IMG/VR virus record: IMGVR_UViG_3300037418_003161
Coordinates: 108,420 to 172,419 of that record
Length of the DNA: 64,000 nt
Direction: 5' to 3' (one strand)
Source of the DNA: a virus
Taxonomy: Duplodnaviria; Heunggongvirae; Uroviricota; Caudoviricetes
A program made the position numbers and the translations under genes. Under the pieces are notes generated by a model. The model did no database searches. It was given only the letters and a program-made list of their open reading frames with translations, and was not told the DNA's origin. Below are positions 32,479-42,965 of the stretch, in pieces; position 1 is the first letter of the stretch; each line of letters opens with the position of its first letter.

Positions 32479-33012
32479 TTATTTGGTTGTTTTGTTTATT
32501 ATGGTTTTTATTCGGTTGACCGCTTCGGAAATCATTGGAGTTAGAGAGCCTTTGTCACCCGTTCCGAATATTATTCCGTCAAGCGGTTCACCATTCTTTT
32601 CGTGTTTAGATAAATATGCGTTTTTGCGTAGTCCGTTCAGCCCTCCAATATTATTGGCATTCATCCGGGAGTTTTTTTGTGCGTCCACATCCCGCCTCGC
32701 CTTGTCCAATACCCGAACCGCCCACTTGTACATATCGATACCCCCGTTCAGCGCATAGGCGATAGGGTCTTGGTAACGATTGATGTGTTCCATATCGTGA
32801 ATCATGCGCTTGATTTGATAATAGGTCAATTGCCGTTCTTTTAACAGTCGTTCACACCGCTTCAATCCTTCCGTAGCCGAGGACTTGCTGCCGTGAACTT
32901 TTGCTCCCCACTTATCATATGCCGCCTGAAGCACTTCTATGAGTTCATCAGGAATTTCAAAAATTTTACCCACCAACGCACTGTTGGCTTCAAAGAGGCT
33001 ACTCAGTTGCAT
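32479..33012 (-). CDS. hypothetical protein
   Basis: 177 aa; MQLSSLFEAN start. Confidence 0.65.
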   Translation of the reverse strand: MQLSSLFEANSALVGKIFEIPDELIEVLQAAYDKWGAKVHGSKSSATEGLKRCERLLKERQLTYYQIKRMIHDMEHINRYQDPIAYALNGGIDMYKWAVRVLDKARRDVDAQKNSRMNANNIGGLNGLRKNAYLSKHEKNGEPLDGIIFGTGDKGSLTPMISEAVNRIKTIINKTTK

Positions 33013-33586
33013 TCAAATAAGGAATTATGTCGTCAATTGTCAGGTTATTGGCACGAAGAGTCTCCCTAAGTGCGGCAAGTTGTCTTAAGATGATAGGATT
33101 GATTTCTTTTTTGGTTCGGTTGATAGCCGCATCCACCAATTGCTCAAGCAGGGCCGGATTTTCAATCAATCGAACCTTGTCCTCGGCTTTTTTTACATAA
33201 CCAAGGGCCTTTAAGCGTTCTTCTGCTTCGACTTCATCAAACCCCAAGTCATCCATGAAATATTTTTTCGCCTCTTCGTAACTTAAATCCTTACCAAGCG
33301 TATCCTCGTAGCCAAGGGTGGCTGTCATATCAGATTCTCCCCAATAGCGTATCCGCACATCCCCACCGTTTTTCACCGAAGGAAGCTGCCGGGTAGCATC
33401 CACCACATCGTCTGTGGTTTTTTGGGAGGTGGTGTTGGCTACATTCACATCCAGCGGTATTTTAGACCCCATGATTGAACCATCGTAATCCACAATTTCT
33501 TCTACGTCTTGCTCCTTGGTTTTCTTTTTTTTCTTCAGTCCCTTTTTAATACCCGCTTCAATGAGGTTTTGTAAATACGAATCCAT
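32999..33586 (-). CDS. hypothetical acidic protein (probably late/virion)
   Basis: 195 aa after ATATTTAT 33599. Confidence 0.65.
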   Translation of the reverse strand: MDSYLQNLIEAGIKKGLKKKKKTKEQDVEEIVDYDGSIMGSKIPLDVNVANTTSQKTTDDVVDATRQLPSVKNGGDVRIRYWGESDMTATLGYEDTLGKDLSYEEAKKYFMDDLGFDEVEAEERLKALGYVKKAEDKVRLIENPALLEQLVDAAINRTKKEINPIILRQLAALRETLRANNLTIDDIIPYLNATE

Positions 33587-33653
33587 TTGCGTTTTACTAT
33601 AAATATCCGCTTTGGAGACATATTTATTAGAAACTTAGATTCTTAAAAAAATA

Positions 33654-34655
33654 ATGAGAAGTACGAACATCAATAAGGGAAGTGAAGGCTCATTCGATTT
33701 AGTTATTGATGGTTCTTCCTTGTATGATTTAACCATTGATTATAATTTAAACGATATCAACATGAATTCAATCTATAATAAAACCCTGTCCGACCATTGT
33801 TTGATGGTGGATGCCAACGTTGCAACCAAAACCTTCAATTATATTCGTCAGGTAGAAGATTATGATGATGTGGCTTCTCTTGTTCCAACAACTGATGTAC
33901 CCCCGGCAAATTATTTTCAATACCAATATGCCACCTCTGGCTATACCATGTTTGAAGACAGAATGGAACAGGGATGGACGGCAGAATTTATAACCAATTT
34001 TGCCACAACAGGACAAACCGCTCCCCTACAAGACATTTTGTTTTATATGGGAAAGACCCAAAACCTTTCCGGGCAGACAAGCAGTTTTACAGATAATAAC
34101 TTTGTTGTGGTGTTATCAAACGGAAGAATTGTGGTGAAACAAATAAAATACAGAAGAGATTGTGAATGTGAAGATGCTACCGATGTGCCTGAGAGCCTTG
34201 TTTATAAAACCAATTTAACCCTACCCACAGGTTCGACCCTACATCACTTGGTCTTAGTTTTTCAAAGAGACTTGAAATTAACCGGGGAAGACCTCATTTA
34301 TAAGGGAAACAACATCAGTTGTGATACCTTTCCCAACAACCATTGGTATGACGGACTGAAATACAGAATGGGAACACTCAAAATTTATTTGGATGGATTG
34401 CTCCGGGAGGTGTTGACCATAGAAGAACCTATATTCCGCAAAACCCCGGAAGCCTTACCGCAAGTTCAGGGATGGGCTTTGGGGGACGAATCCATTTATC
34501 CGCTGAGTGTGGATTTTGGTGTGGCCGGGTCTTATACAGGTTCGCTTGTTCGTGGAAGGTATTATTCTTGTCCATTAAGAGGTGATGAAATCAGAATCAA
34601 CTTTGAGCTATTCGCTGAAGAATATAATATGACAAACAATTTAACTGGCTGTTAA
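33654..34655 (+). CDS. virion structural protein, LamG/ConA-like
   Basis: HHLVLVF..LKIYLDG..GSYTGS..RYY..L..DEIRINF. Confidence 0.55.
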   Translation: MRSTNINKGSEGSFDLVIDGSSLYDLTIDYNLNDINMNSIYNKTLSDHCLMVDANVATKTFNYIRQVEDYDDVASLVPTTDVPPANYFQYQYATSGYTMFEDRMEQGWTAEFITNFATTGQTAPLQDILFYMGKTQNLSGQTSSFTDNNFVVVLSNGRIVVKQIKYRRDCECEDATDVPESLVYKTNLTLPTGSTLHHLVLVFQRDLKLTGEDLIYKGNNISCDTFPNNHWYDGLKYRMGTLKIYLDGLLREVLTIEEPIFRKTPEALPQVQGWALGDESIYPLSVDFGVAGSYTGSLVRGRYYSCPLRGDEIRINFELFAEEYNMTNNLTGC

Positions 34656-35023
34656 TGGAATTTTTTATACGCAAGGGTTCAACTGAGCCAATCCTTAAAA
34701 TGGCGGTAGTGGAAGACGGAAGGGGTTTTCATAAAAATGATATCCAACAACGATTGGAAAATAGTGTCATTACCTTTTCCATGAAAGACCAAAATGGTGT
34801 TTATAAAATTTATAAAAAACCATGTGGTATTATAGCAAAGGAAAACGCTTCTGACATCAACCCGGAAGTTTATTACATTTATTATAAGTGGGAGAGTGAA
34901 GATTTGGATGAGGCGGGAACTTACGAAGGTTTGTTTGATATAAAATTTTACGGGTTAAACGGTGAGGCCGAATCCAACCTCATTGCACCCATTCGTGAAT
35001 CCCTGTGGATTAATGTAATATGA
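34655..35023 (+). CDS. BppU-N-like Ig-fold virion protein
   Basis: FFIRKGST.P.LKM..ITFSM..YKW..D.DEAG.YEG.F.I..P. Confidence 0.6.
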   Translation: MEFFIRKGSTEPILKMAVVEDGRGFHKNDIQQRLENSVITFSMKDQNGVYKIYKKPCGIIAKENASDINPEVYYIYYKWESEDLDEAGTYEGLFDIKFYGLNGEAESNLIAPIRESLWINVI

Positions 35024-35442
35024 AAAAAATAATCAAGGAAGCGGTTAATAAGCACTTAATACATAAAAGGTTCGACTTTTTATTTAAAAAGGGTATCAAT
35101 GTTTATTGTGATTATTCTAATGAACCTATCCTATTACATCCATATGCTATAGCATTATTCAAATTTTCTGATAATGCCTCTGAAGTTAGGTGTAATATTT
35201 TTATTCATGGTGTGTCGCCGTGTCACATGGAAACAACAATTCCCATTGATGAATTAAAAGATGTGTTTGAGAAACTTGGGCTTCCAATTTATATAAACCA
35301 TACAGTTCCGATGTTTGATGAACGGGCGTGGTACTTGTCTCATTATATGCAAACAAATTCTCCTAATAAATTTGTTTATGATTCACAAACAAATGAATCC
35401 GTTGGGAATATAGAAAATTTATTTGATGAAACAGTTAATTAA
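35020..35442 (+). CDS. small AT-rich protein (YFG-like)
   Basis: MKKIIKEAV..FEKLGLPIYI. Confidence 0.55.
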   Translation: MKKIIKEAVNKHLIHKRFDFLFKKGINVYCDYSNEPILLHPYAIALFKFSDNASEVRCNIFIHGVSPCHMETTIPIDELKDVFEKLGLPIYINHTVPMFDERAWYLSHYMQTNSPNKFVYDSQTNESVGNIENLFDETVN

Positions 35443-35869
35443 AGAAGCCATACGGGAAGAAAGAAATAAGCGGTTGATGAAACACTTGATTGCACGAATT
35501 ATGTCACAGCAGTTTGTGGTTAATTGCACAACAGGTGAGAAAGAAACAACTCGTCCTTATGGGGTTAGTTTTTTTATTTACAAGGGGAATGCGATTTATT
35601 CGAGCATCTTCATTAAATCGGATTGTGAAGATTGGCGAATAGGGACTACTCCTGATGTATCAATTATTAAAGAAATGGCTGAATATTACGGTATTAAAGT
35701 AGATACAGTCCATATGTTAAATTTTAAAAAAGAAATGGATGTAATTGAGTGGTTTAAGGAGGAAGTTCAAAAAAACCCGGATATCATCTCCAAACATTTT
35801 CTTTTTGTAAGACCCAATCGAAAGGTGGGCGATTTCAATTTTCTTTTTGATTCCGGCTTGACTTCCTAA
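35426..35869 (+). CDS. small YFG-family protein, paralog of previous ORF
   Basis: MKQLIKEAIREE..RPYGVSFF..AEYYGIKV. Confidence 0.55.
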   Translation: MKQLIKEAIREERNKRLMKHLIARIMSQQFVVNCTTGEKETTRPYGVSFFIYKGNAIYSSIFIKSDCEDWRIGTTPDVSIIKEMAEYYGIKVDTVHMLNFKKEMDVIEWFKEEVQKNPDIISKHFLFVRPNRKVGDFNFLFDSGLTS

Positions 35870-35949
35870 AATATTTTTCGTATTGTTTGGCACTTAAGGA
35901 TAACTGGTAAGACGTGTTCTTATCATGATAATGTTCCAACCAATACCCT

Positions 35950-38691
35950 ATGATTAGTCAAGAAATTATTGAGCAGTTCCTTCAAGGGGCTGACCCCGAA
36001 AAACACATTGTATCATTAGAATACAATTTTGCGGATGGTAAAATCTACAAAATCATCCAAGACCCCGAAAGGGGTAAACGAGCAATACCCGACCAGTTTA
36101 TAGCCTTTGCATGGGTTGGTGATTTATCTCAGAAAAACTTTTACAAAAAAGACAAGTCGGCACAGAAAAAGGCTATGGCCGAAGCCGGAATTTTCATTAA
36201 AAAACTCAAAACCAATGGCAACGCCCGGCTGGAACAAGGACTCAAATACCTTGTTCAATCCACCAAATCGTATCAGGCTCTTGTTAACTTTTTTAAACAA
36301 GGCGGGATTGACCCTTGGGCAAGAGAAAATGGGGACGTTATTACCATTCTCTCCCCGGTAGAACAATACCTCATCTCCAAAAAGAAACGGCTCTTTAAGG
36401 GCTATGAGGAATACGACGACATCCATCGCTTCGTATTCGATATTGAGACCACGTCACTTGACCCCAATCAGGGCAGCATCTTCCTGTTGGGAATGCGGGA
36501 CAACAAGGGGTTTGAAAAGGTGGTACACGCTTCCACTGAAGAAGAAGAACGCACCCTGATTAAAGAGTTTTTTAAATCCCTGCAACTTCGCAAACCCACC
36601 ATTGTTGGTGGGTATAATTCAGCCTTCTTTGATTTCCCCTTTATTGTGCGCAGGGCCGAACTCCTTGGCCTGAACATGCGTGAAATATCTACCATTCTTC
36701 GGGAAGGTGAACACCTTAAAATGAAAGAAGGGGTATTAAAGCTTGGTGGCGAAGTGGAAGACTTCAACCAGTTTAGAATGTGGGGATTCAACATTGTGGA
36801 TATTGCCCACTCGGTACGCAGAGCGCAAGCTATTAATTCTAACATCAAAAGTTGGGGTCTAAAGTATATCACCAAATTCATTGATAAGGAAAAACCCAAC
36901 CGTATCTATGTTGAAGGTTCTAAAATCAACCAAATCTATCAGGAGAATAAAAACTATTACGTTAATCCGAAGACCGGGAAATACAAAGAAGTTGGTACGC
37001 CCGGAACGGAAGATTTGATGGAGCGATACCCCGGAGTGTATGAAATATGGAATGGGGAAAAAATCATCCGGCACTATCTATACGATGACTTGTGGGAAAC
37101 CCAAGTGGTGGATGATTCCTTCAATCAGGCCACATTCCTTCTATCCAAATTGGTTCCCACAACCTATGAACGTGCAGCCACAATGGGAACGGCCACCCTT
37201 TGGAAACTCATCATGCAAGCGTGGTCGTATGAGAACGACCTTGCCATCCCTGCCAAAGCACCGACAAGGGAAATTACTGGCGGTCTTTCCCGGTTGATAC
37301 GTGTGGGGTATTCCAAGAACGTTGTGAAGTTTGACTTCTCATCCCTATATCCCTCAATTCAATTGGTTTATGATGTATTTCCCGAGTGTGATATTACCGG
37401 GGCAATGAAGAGTATGTTGAAGTACTTCCGCAGCACTCGTATATTTTATAAGCGGGAGGCTGAGAGACTTAAAAACAGTGACCCTAAATTGTCAGAAGCC
37501 TATGACCGTAAGCAGCTTCCGATTAAAATCTTCATTAACGCCTTTTTCGGTTCATTGTCTGCCCCCAATGTGTTTCCATGGGGTGATATGGATATGGGTG
37601 AACAAATCACTTGTACTGGCCGACAATCATTACGCATGATGATTATGTTCTTCCAACAAAAAGGATATCGTGCCTTGGTTATGGACACCGATGGAGTTAA
37701 TTTTGAATATGATGAATCGGTGTTGGAGGCAAAATATGTGGGTAAGGGATTGAACGAATTGGTTGAGGCCGGGAAGGAATATACGGGTGTAAAGGCCCAC
37801 GTTGCAGAATTTAATGACACCTTCATGCGGGGAGAGATGGGCTTGGATATTGACTACTTCGCTCCTTCTACCATTAATATCGCCCGGAAGAATTATGCAG
37901 TACTGAGTGAAAAAGGGAAGGTGAAACTAACCGGGAATTCCATTAAATCCAAAAAGATTCAGGATTATATTGCTGAGTTTTTAGACAAGGGCATCAAACT
38001 CCTATTGGATGGTAAGGGTTGTGATTTTGTGGAATACTATTATGATTATGTGAGCAAGATTTATAATAAACAAATTCCACTTGCCAAGATTGCCAACAAA
38101 GCAAGAGTAAAACAATCAATAGCCGACTATAAAAAACATGTAAAGAAAACCACCAAGTCCGGCAATTTTATGTCACGTCAGGCGCACATGGAACTTATTA
38201 TGCTGAATGAATACCCGGCCAATCTTGGTAATACCATTTATTATGTGAATAGCGGCACACGAAAATCCCATGGGGATGTAATGAAGAAGGGTGATGATAT
38301 TATCCTGAATTGTTACATGCTCACAGAAAGCGAAATAAGCCTCAATCCTGACCTCACCGGAGAGTATAATGTACCACGTTACCTTAATGCCTTTAACAAG
38401 CGTATTGAGCCGCTATTGGTGTGTTTCCACCCGGAGGTGCGGGACTCAATCTTGGTGGAAGACCCACAGAAGAGAGCCTTCTTTACCAACAAAGAATGTG
38501 AATTGGTGTCCGGGTTTCCGTTTGAAGAAGGAGACCAAGACAGTCTGGAAGAGGTGATGAAGCTGAGTGAATCTGAGATTGCCTTTTACAAAAGAACAGG
38601 TATTGACCCGTATTACCTATATATGGATGATACGGTCAAACTGGTTGACCCTAAGTGGGTGGAATATAATACAGTCCTTGTAAATGTTTAA
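35950..38691 (+). CDS. polB: family B DNA polymerase
   Basis: FDIETT, GYNSAFFDF, YLYDD exonuclease motifs; FDFSSLYPSI, KIFINAFFG, MDTDG polymerase motifs. Confidence 0.95.
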   Translation: MISQEIIEQFLQGADPEKHIVSLEYNFADGKIYKIIQDPERGKRAIPDQFIAFAWVGDLSQKNFYKKDKSAQKKAMAEAGIFIKKLKTNGNARLEQGLKYLVQSTKSYQALVNFFKQGGIDPWARENGDVITILSPVEQYLISKKKRLFKGYEEYDDIHRFVFDIETTSLDPNQGSIFLLGMRDNKGFEKVVHASTEEEERTLIKEFFKSLQLRKPTIVGGYNSAFFDFPFIVRRAELLGLNMREISTILREGEHLKMKEGVLKLGGEVEDFNQFRMWGFNIVDIAHSVRRAQAINSNIKSWGLKYITKFIDKEKPNRIYVEGSKINQIYQENKNYYVNPKTGKYKEVGTPGTEDLMERYPGVYEIWNGEKIIRHYLYDDLWETQVVDDSFNQATFLLSKLVPTTYERAATMGTATLWKLIMQAWSYENDLAIPAKAPTREITGGLSRLIRVGYSKNVVKFDFSSLYPSIQLVYDVFPECDITGAMKSMLKYFRSTRIFYKREAERLKNSDPKLSEAYDRKQLPIKIFINAFFGSLSAPNVFPWGDMDMGEQITCTGRQSLRMMIMFFQQKGYRALVMDTDGVNFEYDESVLEAKYVGKGLNELVEAGKEYTGVKAHVAEFNDTFMRGEMGLDIDYFAPSTINIARKNYAVLSEKGKVKLTGNSIKSKKIQDYIAEFLDKGIKLLLDGKGCDFVEYYYDYVSKIYNKQIPLAKIANKARVKQSIADYKKHVKKTTKSGNFMSRQAHMELIMLNEYPANLGNTIYYVNSGTRKSHGDVMKKGDDIILNCYMLTESEISLNPDLTGEYNVPRYLNAFNKRIEPLLVCFHPEVRDSILVEDPQKRAFFTNKECELVSGFPFEEGDQDSLEEVMKLSESEIAFYKRTGIDPYYLYMDDTVKLVDPKWVEYNTVLVNV

Positions 38692-38694
38692 AAT

Positions 38695-38720
38695 AAAACC
38701 CCCCGCTTAGTCGGGGGTTT
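38695..38720. terminator. bidirectional terminator between convergent genes
   Basis: AAAACCCCCCGCTTAGTCGGGGGTTT. Confidence 0.75.
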
Positions 38721-39237
38721 CTTCTAGTATTTCCAAGGGGTCTATGGTATATTTATTTTCATCAGGAACGAATGTCCAATCTTCTACACCGGGGTCTAAA
38801 ACCCGACCAAGGACTTTTACATATTCATTCGTGTGACCAAAGCCTTTATCTGTACGGATGCGATACGGCTCATAATCGCTGTGGTTTAAATCTTCGATTG
38901 TGTGGGGTTCATTGGGCCAACCACACAACAGGGGGTCTACACTCCATGTGGAACTATTGTTTTCCTGACCATGTACACCACCTCGAACAAAGGGAAATGT
39001 TTTGTCTCCTACTTGAACCTCCATGGTACAAAGAAAGGGTGCAGCCATTCGTATCGGATAATCCCACAATTTATATTCCTTGTCCGTTCCATCCACTTCT
39101 TTTTTCAGGTTGACCCACTTACGAACCTCATCCACGGTGAGTGTAAATAAGGTTGGGTTGTCTTCTTCAACATTTAATGCCAATTGCCCAACAACCAACA
39201 TGTCTGTATCAATTGGTAAGAATTTTATGAATTTCAT
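38707..39237 (-). CDS. hypothetical protein
   Basis: 176 aa ORF. Confidence 0.6.
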   Translation of the reverse strand: MKFIKFLPIDTDMLVVGQLALNVEEDNPTLFTLTVDEVRKWVNLKKEVDGTDKEYKLWDYPIRMAAPFLCTMEVQVGDKTFPFVRGGVHGQENNSSTWSVDPLLCGWPNEPHTIEDLNHSDYEPYRIRTDKGFGHTNEYVKVLGRVLDPGVEDWTFVPDENKYTIDPLEILEETPD

Positions 39238-39791
39238 TTGGGTGTGACATTGAAGTGTATCAACAATTGGTGTAATTCATAAGAAGGAATCTTAACCCCC
39301 TTGGCCTCAAGCATGGCTTTGACACTATTGATTTCACTTTGAAAGGGTTTGTCCACCGAACGGGAGACGGTTGGTGCGGTAAAGGTAATGGTACGAAGAG
39401 AGGGTTCTGTTTGGTCTCTCCATGTACACAACAGGTCAACGGAGTATTGTTTGATATAAGAAGTGTGGGTATACGTATCGTAAGCCACCACCTCACCCAA
39501 TTGTTTGAAATTCACAAGGTCAGCATGAATGTAGAGGTTGTATTTGGTTTCACGCTCATATCTTTCCTGTGGGGCTTTCACGTAGAATGCCTGTTTGGTC
39601 TGAAGGTCAACCTTCAATTTCTTTTGAATGGGAAAATCGAAAATGACCTTGGGGGTTTCGTTGTTGGAATAGAACCACCTCGTCTCACCCAATACATTTC
39701 CGTCTTTAAAAAAGAGAATCCTGTTAATTTCTTTATTCCCAAAATAGAAAGGGTTATAACAGGCAATTGATTTTTCTATTACTGTTTCCAT
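39234..39791 (-). CDS. hypothetical protein
   Basis: Start moved to ATG 39791, downstream of promoter 39814. Confidence 0.6.
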   Translation of the reverse strand: METVIEKSIACYNPFYFGNKEINRILFFKDGNVLGETRWFYSNNETPKVIFDFPIQKKLKVDLQTKQAFYVKAPQERYERETKYNLYIHADLVNFKQLGEVVAYDTYTHTSYIKQYSVDLLCTWRDQTEPSLRTITFTAPTVSRSVDKPFQSEINSVKAMLEAKGVKIPSYELHQLLIHFNVTPK

Positions 39792-39845
39792 GTTGTTTGT
39801 TTTTGTTTCAAAACAAAGATAAAACAACTTTTTATTCCGGCCAAA

Positions 39846-40145
39846 TTATTTTTCTTTTTTCTTTGTTTCAGTCTGACCGTAGGTGTTGTCATGGGCTGTT
39901 AGAATCCGGTATGCATAGTTCTTCTGACCTGAGAGGTAGTGGTACTTGGGCCAGTATGCCCAACCGGGATGTGGAAAAAGCAACCCCCCGGAATCTTTTT
40001 CCAAGAGGGTTGTATTGATATCAGCTTCAATTTGTTTGAGGCTCTTGAGGATGTAGCTTTCATGAGTCGGTCTACGTTTTTTCCCAATTGCTCTTGCTCT
40101 TGAAGCCATGGCTTTATCACGATACTGGATTTTTCTTATTCTCAT
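39846..40145 (-). CDS. hypothetical basic protein
   Basis: 99 aa ORF in operon. Confidence 0.5.
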   Translation of the reverse strand: MRIRKIQYRDKAMASRARAIGKKRRPTHESYILKSLKQIEADINTTLLEKDSGGLLFPHPGWAYWPKYHYLSGQKNYAYRILTAHDNTYGQTETKKKEK

Positions 40146-40581
40146 TTGTTGTGCTTAAATAATTATAAATTCTTGGTTTTAAGGGTTGGTTGTACTGATT
40201 AACTTCGTATTTGATGTTTGTTCCCTTGATAAGCCCGTTGATAATGTCCTTAAGTAAGGAGAATTTATGACCATCGGAAACCACGGTTACACCACCCCGG
40301 AGATAAGGTGGGTATCTATCGTTCAAAATAACCTTGTTCCCCATCTTTATTTCTCCAACATGGGCCATGACAATTGATTCGTCGGATGATTTTGAAAATG
40401 CGCCAAGGATTTTAAGTATCAGTGTTTCTCTGAAAAAAGACTCTTCCCCAACGTCCATCACCAAACTATATGTCTTCAGACTTCCTACAATTTTCCATTC
40501 TTCAAACATATCACAATACTGCATCCATTTGGTCATTTGAATGTTTTGAAAAATCAAATATAATGATGCAGTTATTTTCAT
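40117..40581 (-). CDS. hypothetical protein
   Basis: 154 aa ORF in operon. Confidence 0.55.
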   Translation of the reverse strand: MKITASLYLIFQNIQMTKWMQYCDMFEEWKIVGSLKTYSLVMDVGEESFFRETLILKILGAFSKSSDESIVMAHVGEIKMGNKVILNDRYPPYLRGGVTVVSDGHKFSLLKDIINGLIKGTNIKYEVNQYNQPLKPRIYNYLSTTNENKKNPVS

Positions 40582-41492
40582 GTTGTAGAATATGTTTTAG
40601 GTTGTTCTTCCATGGTTGGGGTTCCAATTCTCCGGTGAACTTTTTGTGGTGCAATTGGGCGCAACACCTTAACCTTGCCTTCAACGGTTTGGCTGTCCCA
40701 AAGGATTTCGCCCCCGCAGCGTTCAGCGATGAGTTCTGCATTCTCCACATTGACCCAACGTGAGGCCCGGTGTCCACTCCTATCCCATTCCGATTCTATG
40801 TAGTTTACATCGAACCTTCTTGGTTTGTAGTCTTCCGGGATTTCCACCTCATATCGGTACAGGGGGTTGATTTTCTTATTACCATGTCCTTTCTTTTCTG
40901 AAGGTGTCATCGTCCGGGTTTGGGTAATCCGGGAGACAAGAATCTCCTTTTCATGTAAGACCAAATAGGCATTGACACAGGTCACAATCAAAGACTGCAC
41001 ATTAAGGATGTGTTCAAAATAATTTGAACGGCCAATCACTCTTCTGTCTCTGACCATATCACTATAATGTCTATTGTACAGGTCTTCATTGAACGCTTCT
41101 TTTTGGTAGACCTTAATATTGAACCCATCTTTTGTCATGGTGGGGGCAATCAGGATTTTACCTAACGTTTTTAACTGGTTATCATCCGGGTCAGTTATCA
41201 CGACACTAATAACTAATCCTTCATCGATGAATTCAAACGGATAGTATCTGCAATATCCCTCACCTTTATCAGCATCTTTGCTAATGATAACACCCTTATT
41301 GAGAAATTTTATAAAACCATTGTGGGTCTTTATCAGGGACATTAATTTTTGACCAAACGCTTCTTCCCAATACATCACGTTCCCTATGATTGTGCCAGTA
41401 ACCCACTCGATGGATTTTTTTATGTCCGATAATTTAATTTCAATTAAATTCCAGTTATGGTACTTGGCTCTGATTTTTTCCAACTCGCTCAT
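40578..41492 (-). CDS. hypothetical protein
   Basis: 304 aa; C-terminal WDRSGHRASRW motif. Confidence 0.65.
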   Translation of the reverse strand: MSELEKIRAKYHNWNLIEIKLSDIKKSIEWVTGTIIGNVMYWEEAFGQKLMSLIKTHNGFIKFLNKGVIISKDADKGEGYCRYYPFEFIDEGLVISVVITDPDDNQLKTLGKILIAPTMTKDGFNIKVYQKEAFNEDLYNRHYSDMVRDRRVIGRSNYFEHILNVQSLIVTCVNAYLVLHEKEILVSRITQTRTMTPSEKKGHGNKKINPLYRYEVEIPEDYKPRRFDVNYIESEWDRSGHRASRWVNVENAELIAERCGGEILWDSQTVEGKVKVLRPIAPQKVHRRIGTPTMEEQPKTYSTT

Positions 41493-41501
41493 AGAAAAAG
41501 T

Positions 41502-42947
41502 TTAGAGTTTGAAATATTGAGGATTGTTCAATGCCTTCTTGGTCAACCATGCACCCATCTTGGTGATACACTCATGATAAGCGTGTTCTGTATGATTGCC
41601 CTTTTTGTGTGCCAGTTCATGGATTACCAAATCCAACATTCTTTCACCAATGGTATTGTCATCATCCACCCATTTGTATGAAGCCATTTTAGGAATGTTG
41701 AAACGTAGTAGATTGTCACCAAAGTCGGCCACGGTTGATGCCTTCGGTGCGGAAATGTAAGCCACATTCAAGGTGCTGCCAAAGAAGTCTTTAAAAAACT
41801 TCACACACCAATTTCCAACCCTTTCCTGTTTGTTGGAGGGCTTTAGGGTGATATGGTTGGTCAACCCCTTCCCAAACAAGGCAGTAGTCGATTGTATCAA
41901 ACCAAAGCCTTTAACATTGCTCCACTCATCCCCGCTTAATTCGCTACCGTGGATAACCCGGAAGCCTTTGCTAATTGCCTCATCATTGGCGTTGGGGTCA
42001 CTAGGACTGAATATGGCCACCTTATCACCGAAGCGTTTTTCAACCACCACATCCACAGCCTCTTTAACGATGCGGTCACTTGCGGTTGCTTCCCGAACCC
42101 ACAGGTTAGAAGAGGAGTGTTCTGTAATCTCCTCAAAGGTGTGGTTCAACACTTCAGCATAAAGGTCTTTTAAAAACGAGGGCGTGACGGATTCCCGGTC
42201 AGCCGACATGGGAACTTTTTGTTGTACATCAATCGAGTAATCGCACTCAATTTCACAAATAGGCAGACCCAATTCGTACAGGTATTTTTTACCGATGGTT
42301 TTGTGGACGTGTACATTGGTTTTACGAACCGTTGGACGGAACGAACCATCAAAATCCAGTTCGGTTTTCAAAGAAGCCTCAAAGACCTTGTGCGGCTCAT
42401 TATATGTGGGGGTACGGGTTTCATAATCCAACCCACCGTTAAAGGAATAGTTGATGGTGAAATCAATGTTTTTTGGAAACAAAATGTTTTGAGCATAATC
42501 GAAACACTCTTCAATTTCTTCCTTCGACATTTTCAAGGTAACAGTAATGATACTACCCCGGTCACGTTTTTTGCGCAGGGATTTCCGTCCTTCTTCATCA
42601 AAGATAACACCACCCACCGTGGTTAGAATTTCAGCATATTCACAGATAGCAAACACCTGTTTTTCACCAAGATTGAATCGGCCCCGTTTGGTTGCATCCT
42701 TGCGCTTATGGGTTTCTTTGTAAAGAGTATAAGCATCGGTCAGGTCACGGAATCCGATGGGAGAATCATCTTCAACAATAATGGTTGCTTTGTTGTAACC
42801 ATTATAAATCAGGAAGAGAGTACATTTGGTAATATCCTCATCAAACGCATTTTGAAGCAACTCCCGAACCACAAAGGTTTTGGATTTTCCTTCCTGTAAT
42901 TGTTTAAGACCCTTACGGTCAACCTCGAACCAGTTTTTTGTTGCCAT
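41502..42947 (-). CDS. GHKL (HATPase_c) ATPase with C-terminal HExxH motif
   Basis: RELLQNAFD, VEDD..GF, RGRFNLGEK; IHELAHKKGNH. Confidence 0.8.
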   Translation of the reverse strand: MATKNWFEVDRKGLKQLQEGKSKTFVVRELLQNAFDEDITKCTLFLIYNGYNKATIIVEDDSPIGFRDLTDAYTLYKETHKRKDATKRGRFNLGEKQVFAICEYAEILTTVGGVIFDEEGRKSLRKKRDRGSIITVTLKMSKEEIEECFDYAQNILFPKNIDFTINYSFNGGLDYETRTPTYNEPHKVFEASLKTELDFDGSFRPTVRKTNVHVHKTIGKKYLYELGLPICEIECDYSIDVQQKVPMSADRESVTPSFLKDLYAEVLNHTFEEITEHSSSNLWVREATASDRIVKEAVDVVVEKRFGDKVAIFSPSDPNANDEAISKGFRVIHGSELSGDEWSNVKGFGLIQSTTALFGKGLTNHITLKPSNKQERVGNWCVKFFKDFFGSTLNVAYISAPKASTVADFGDNLLRFNIPKMASYKWVDDDNTIGERMLDLVIHELAHKKGNHTEHAYHECITKMGAWLTKKALNNPQYFKL

Positions 42948-42965
42948 GTTTAGTTTCTTTAAAGG

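Noticed and set aside
35950-38691. Intein or intron in DNA polymerase
   Set aside because: Motifs are contiguous with normal spacing; no Hint-domain blocks
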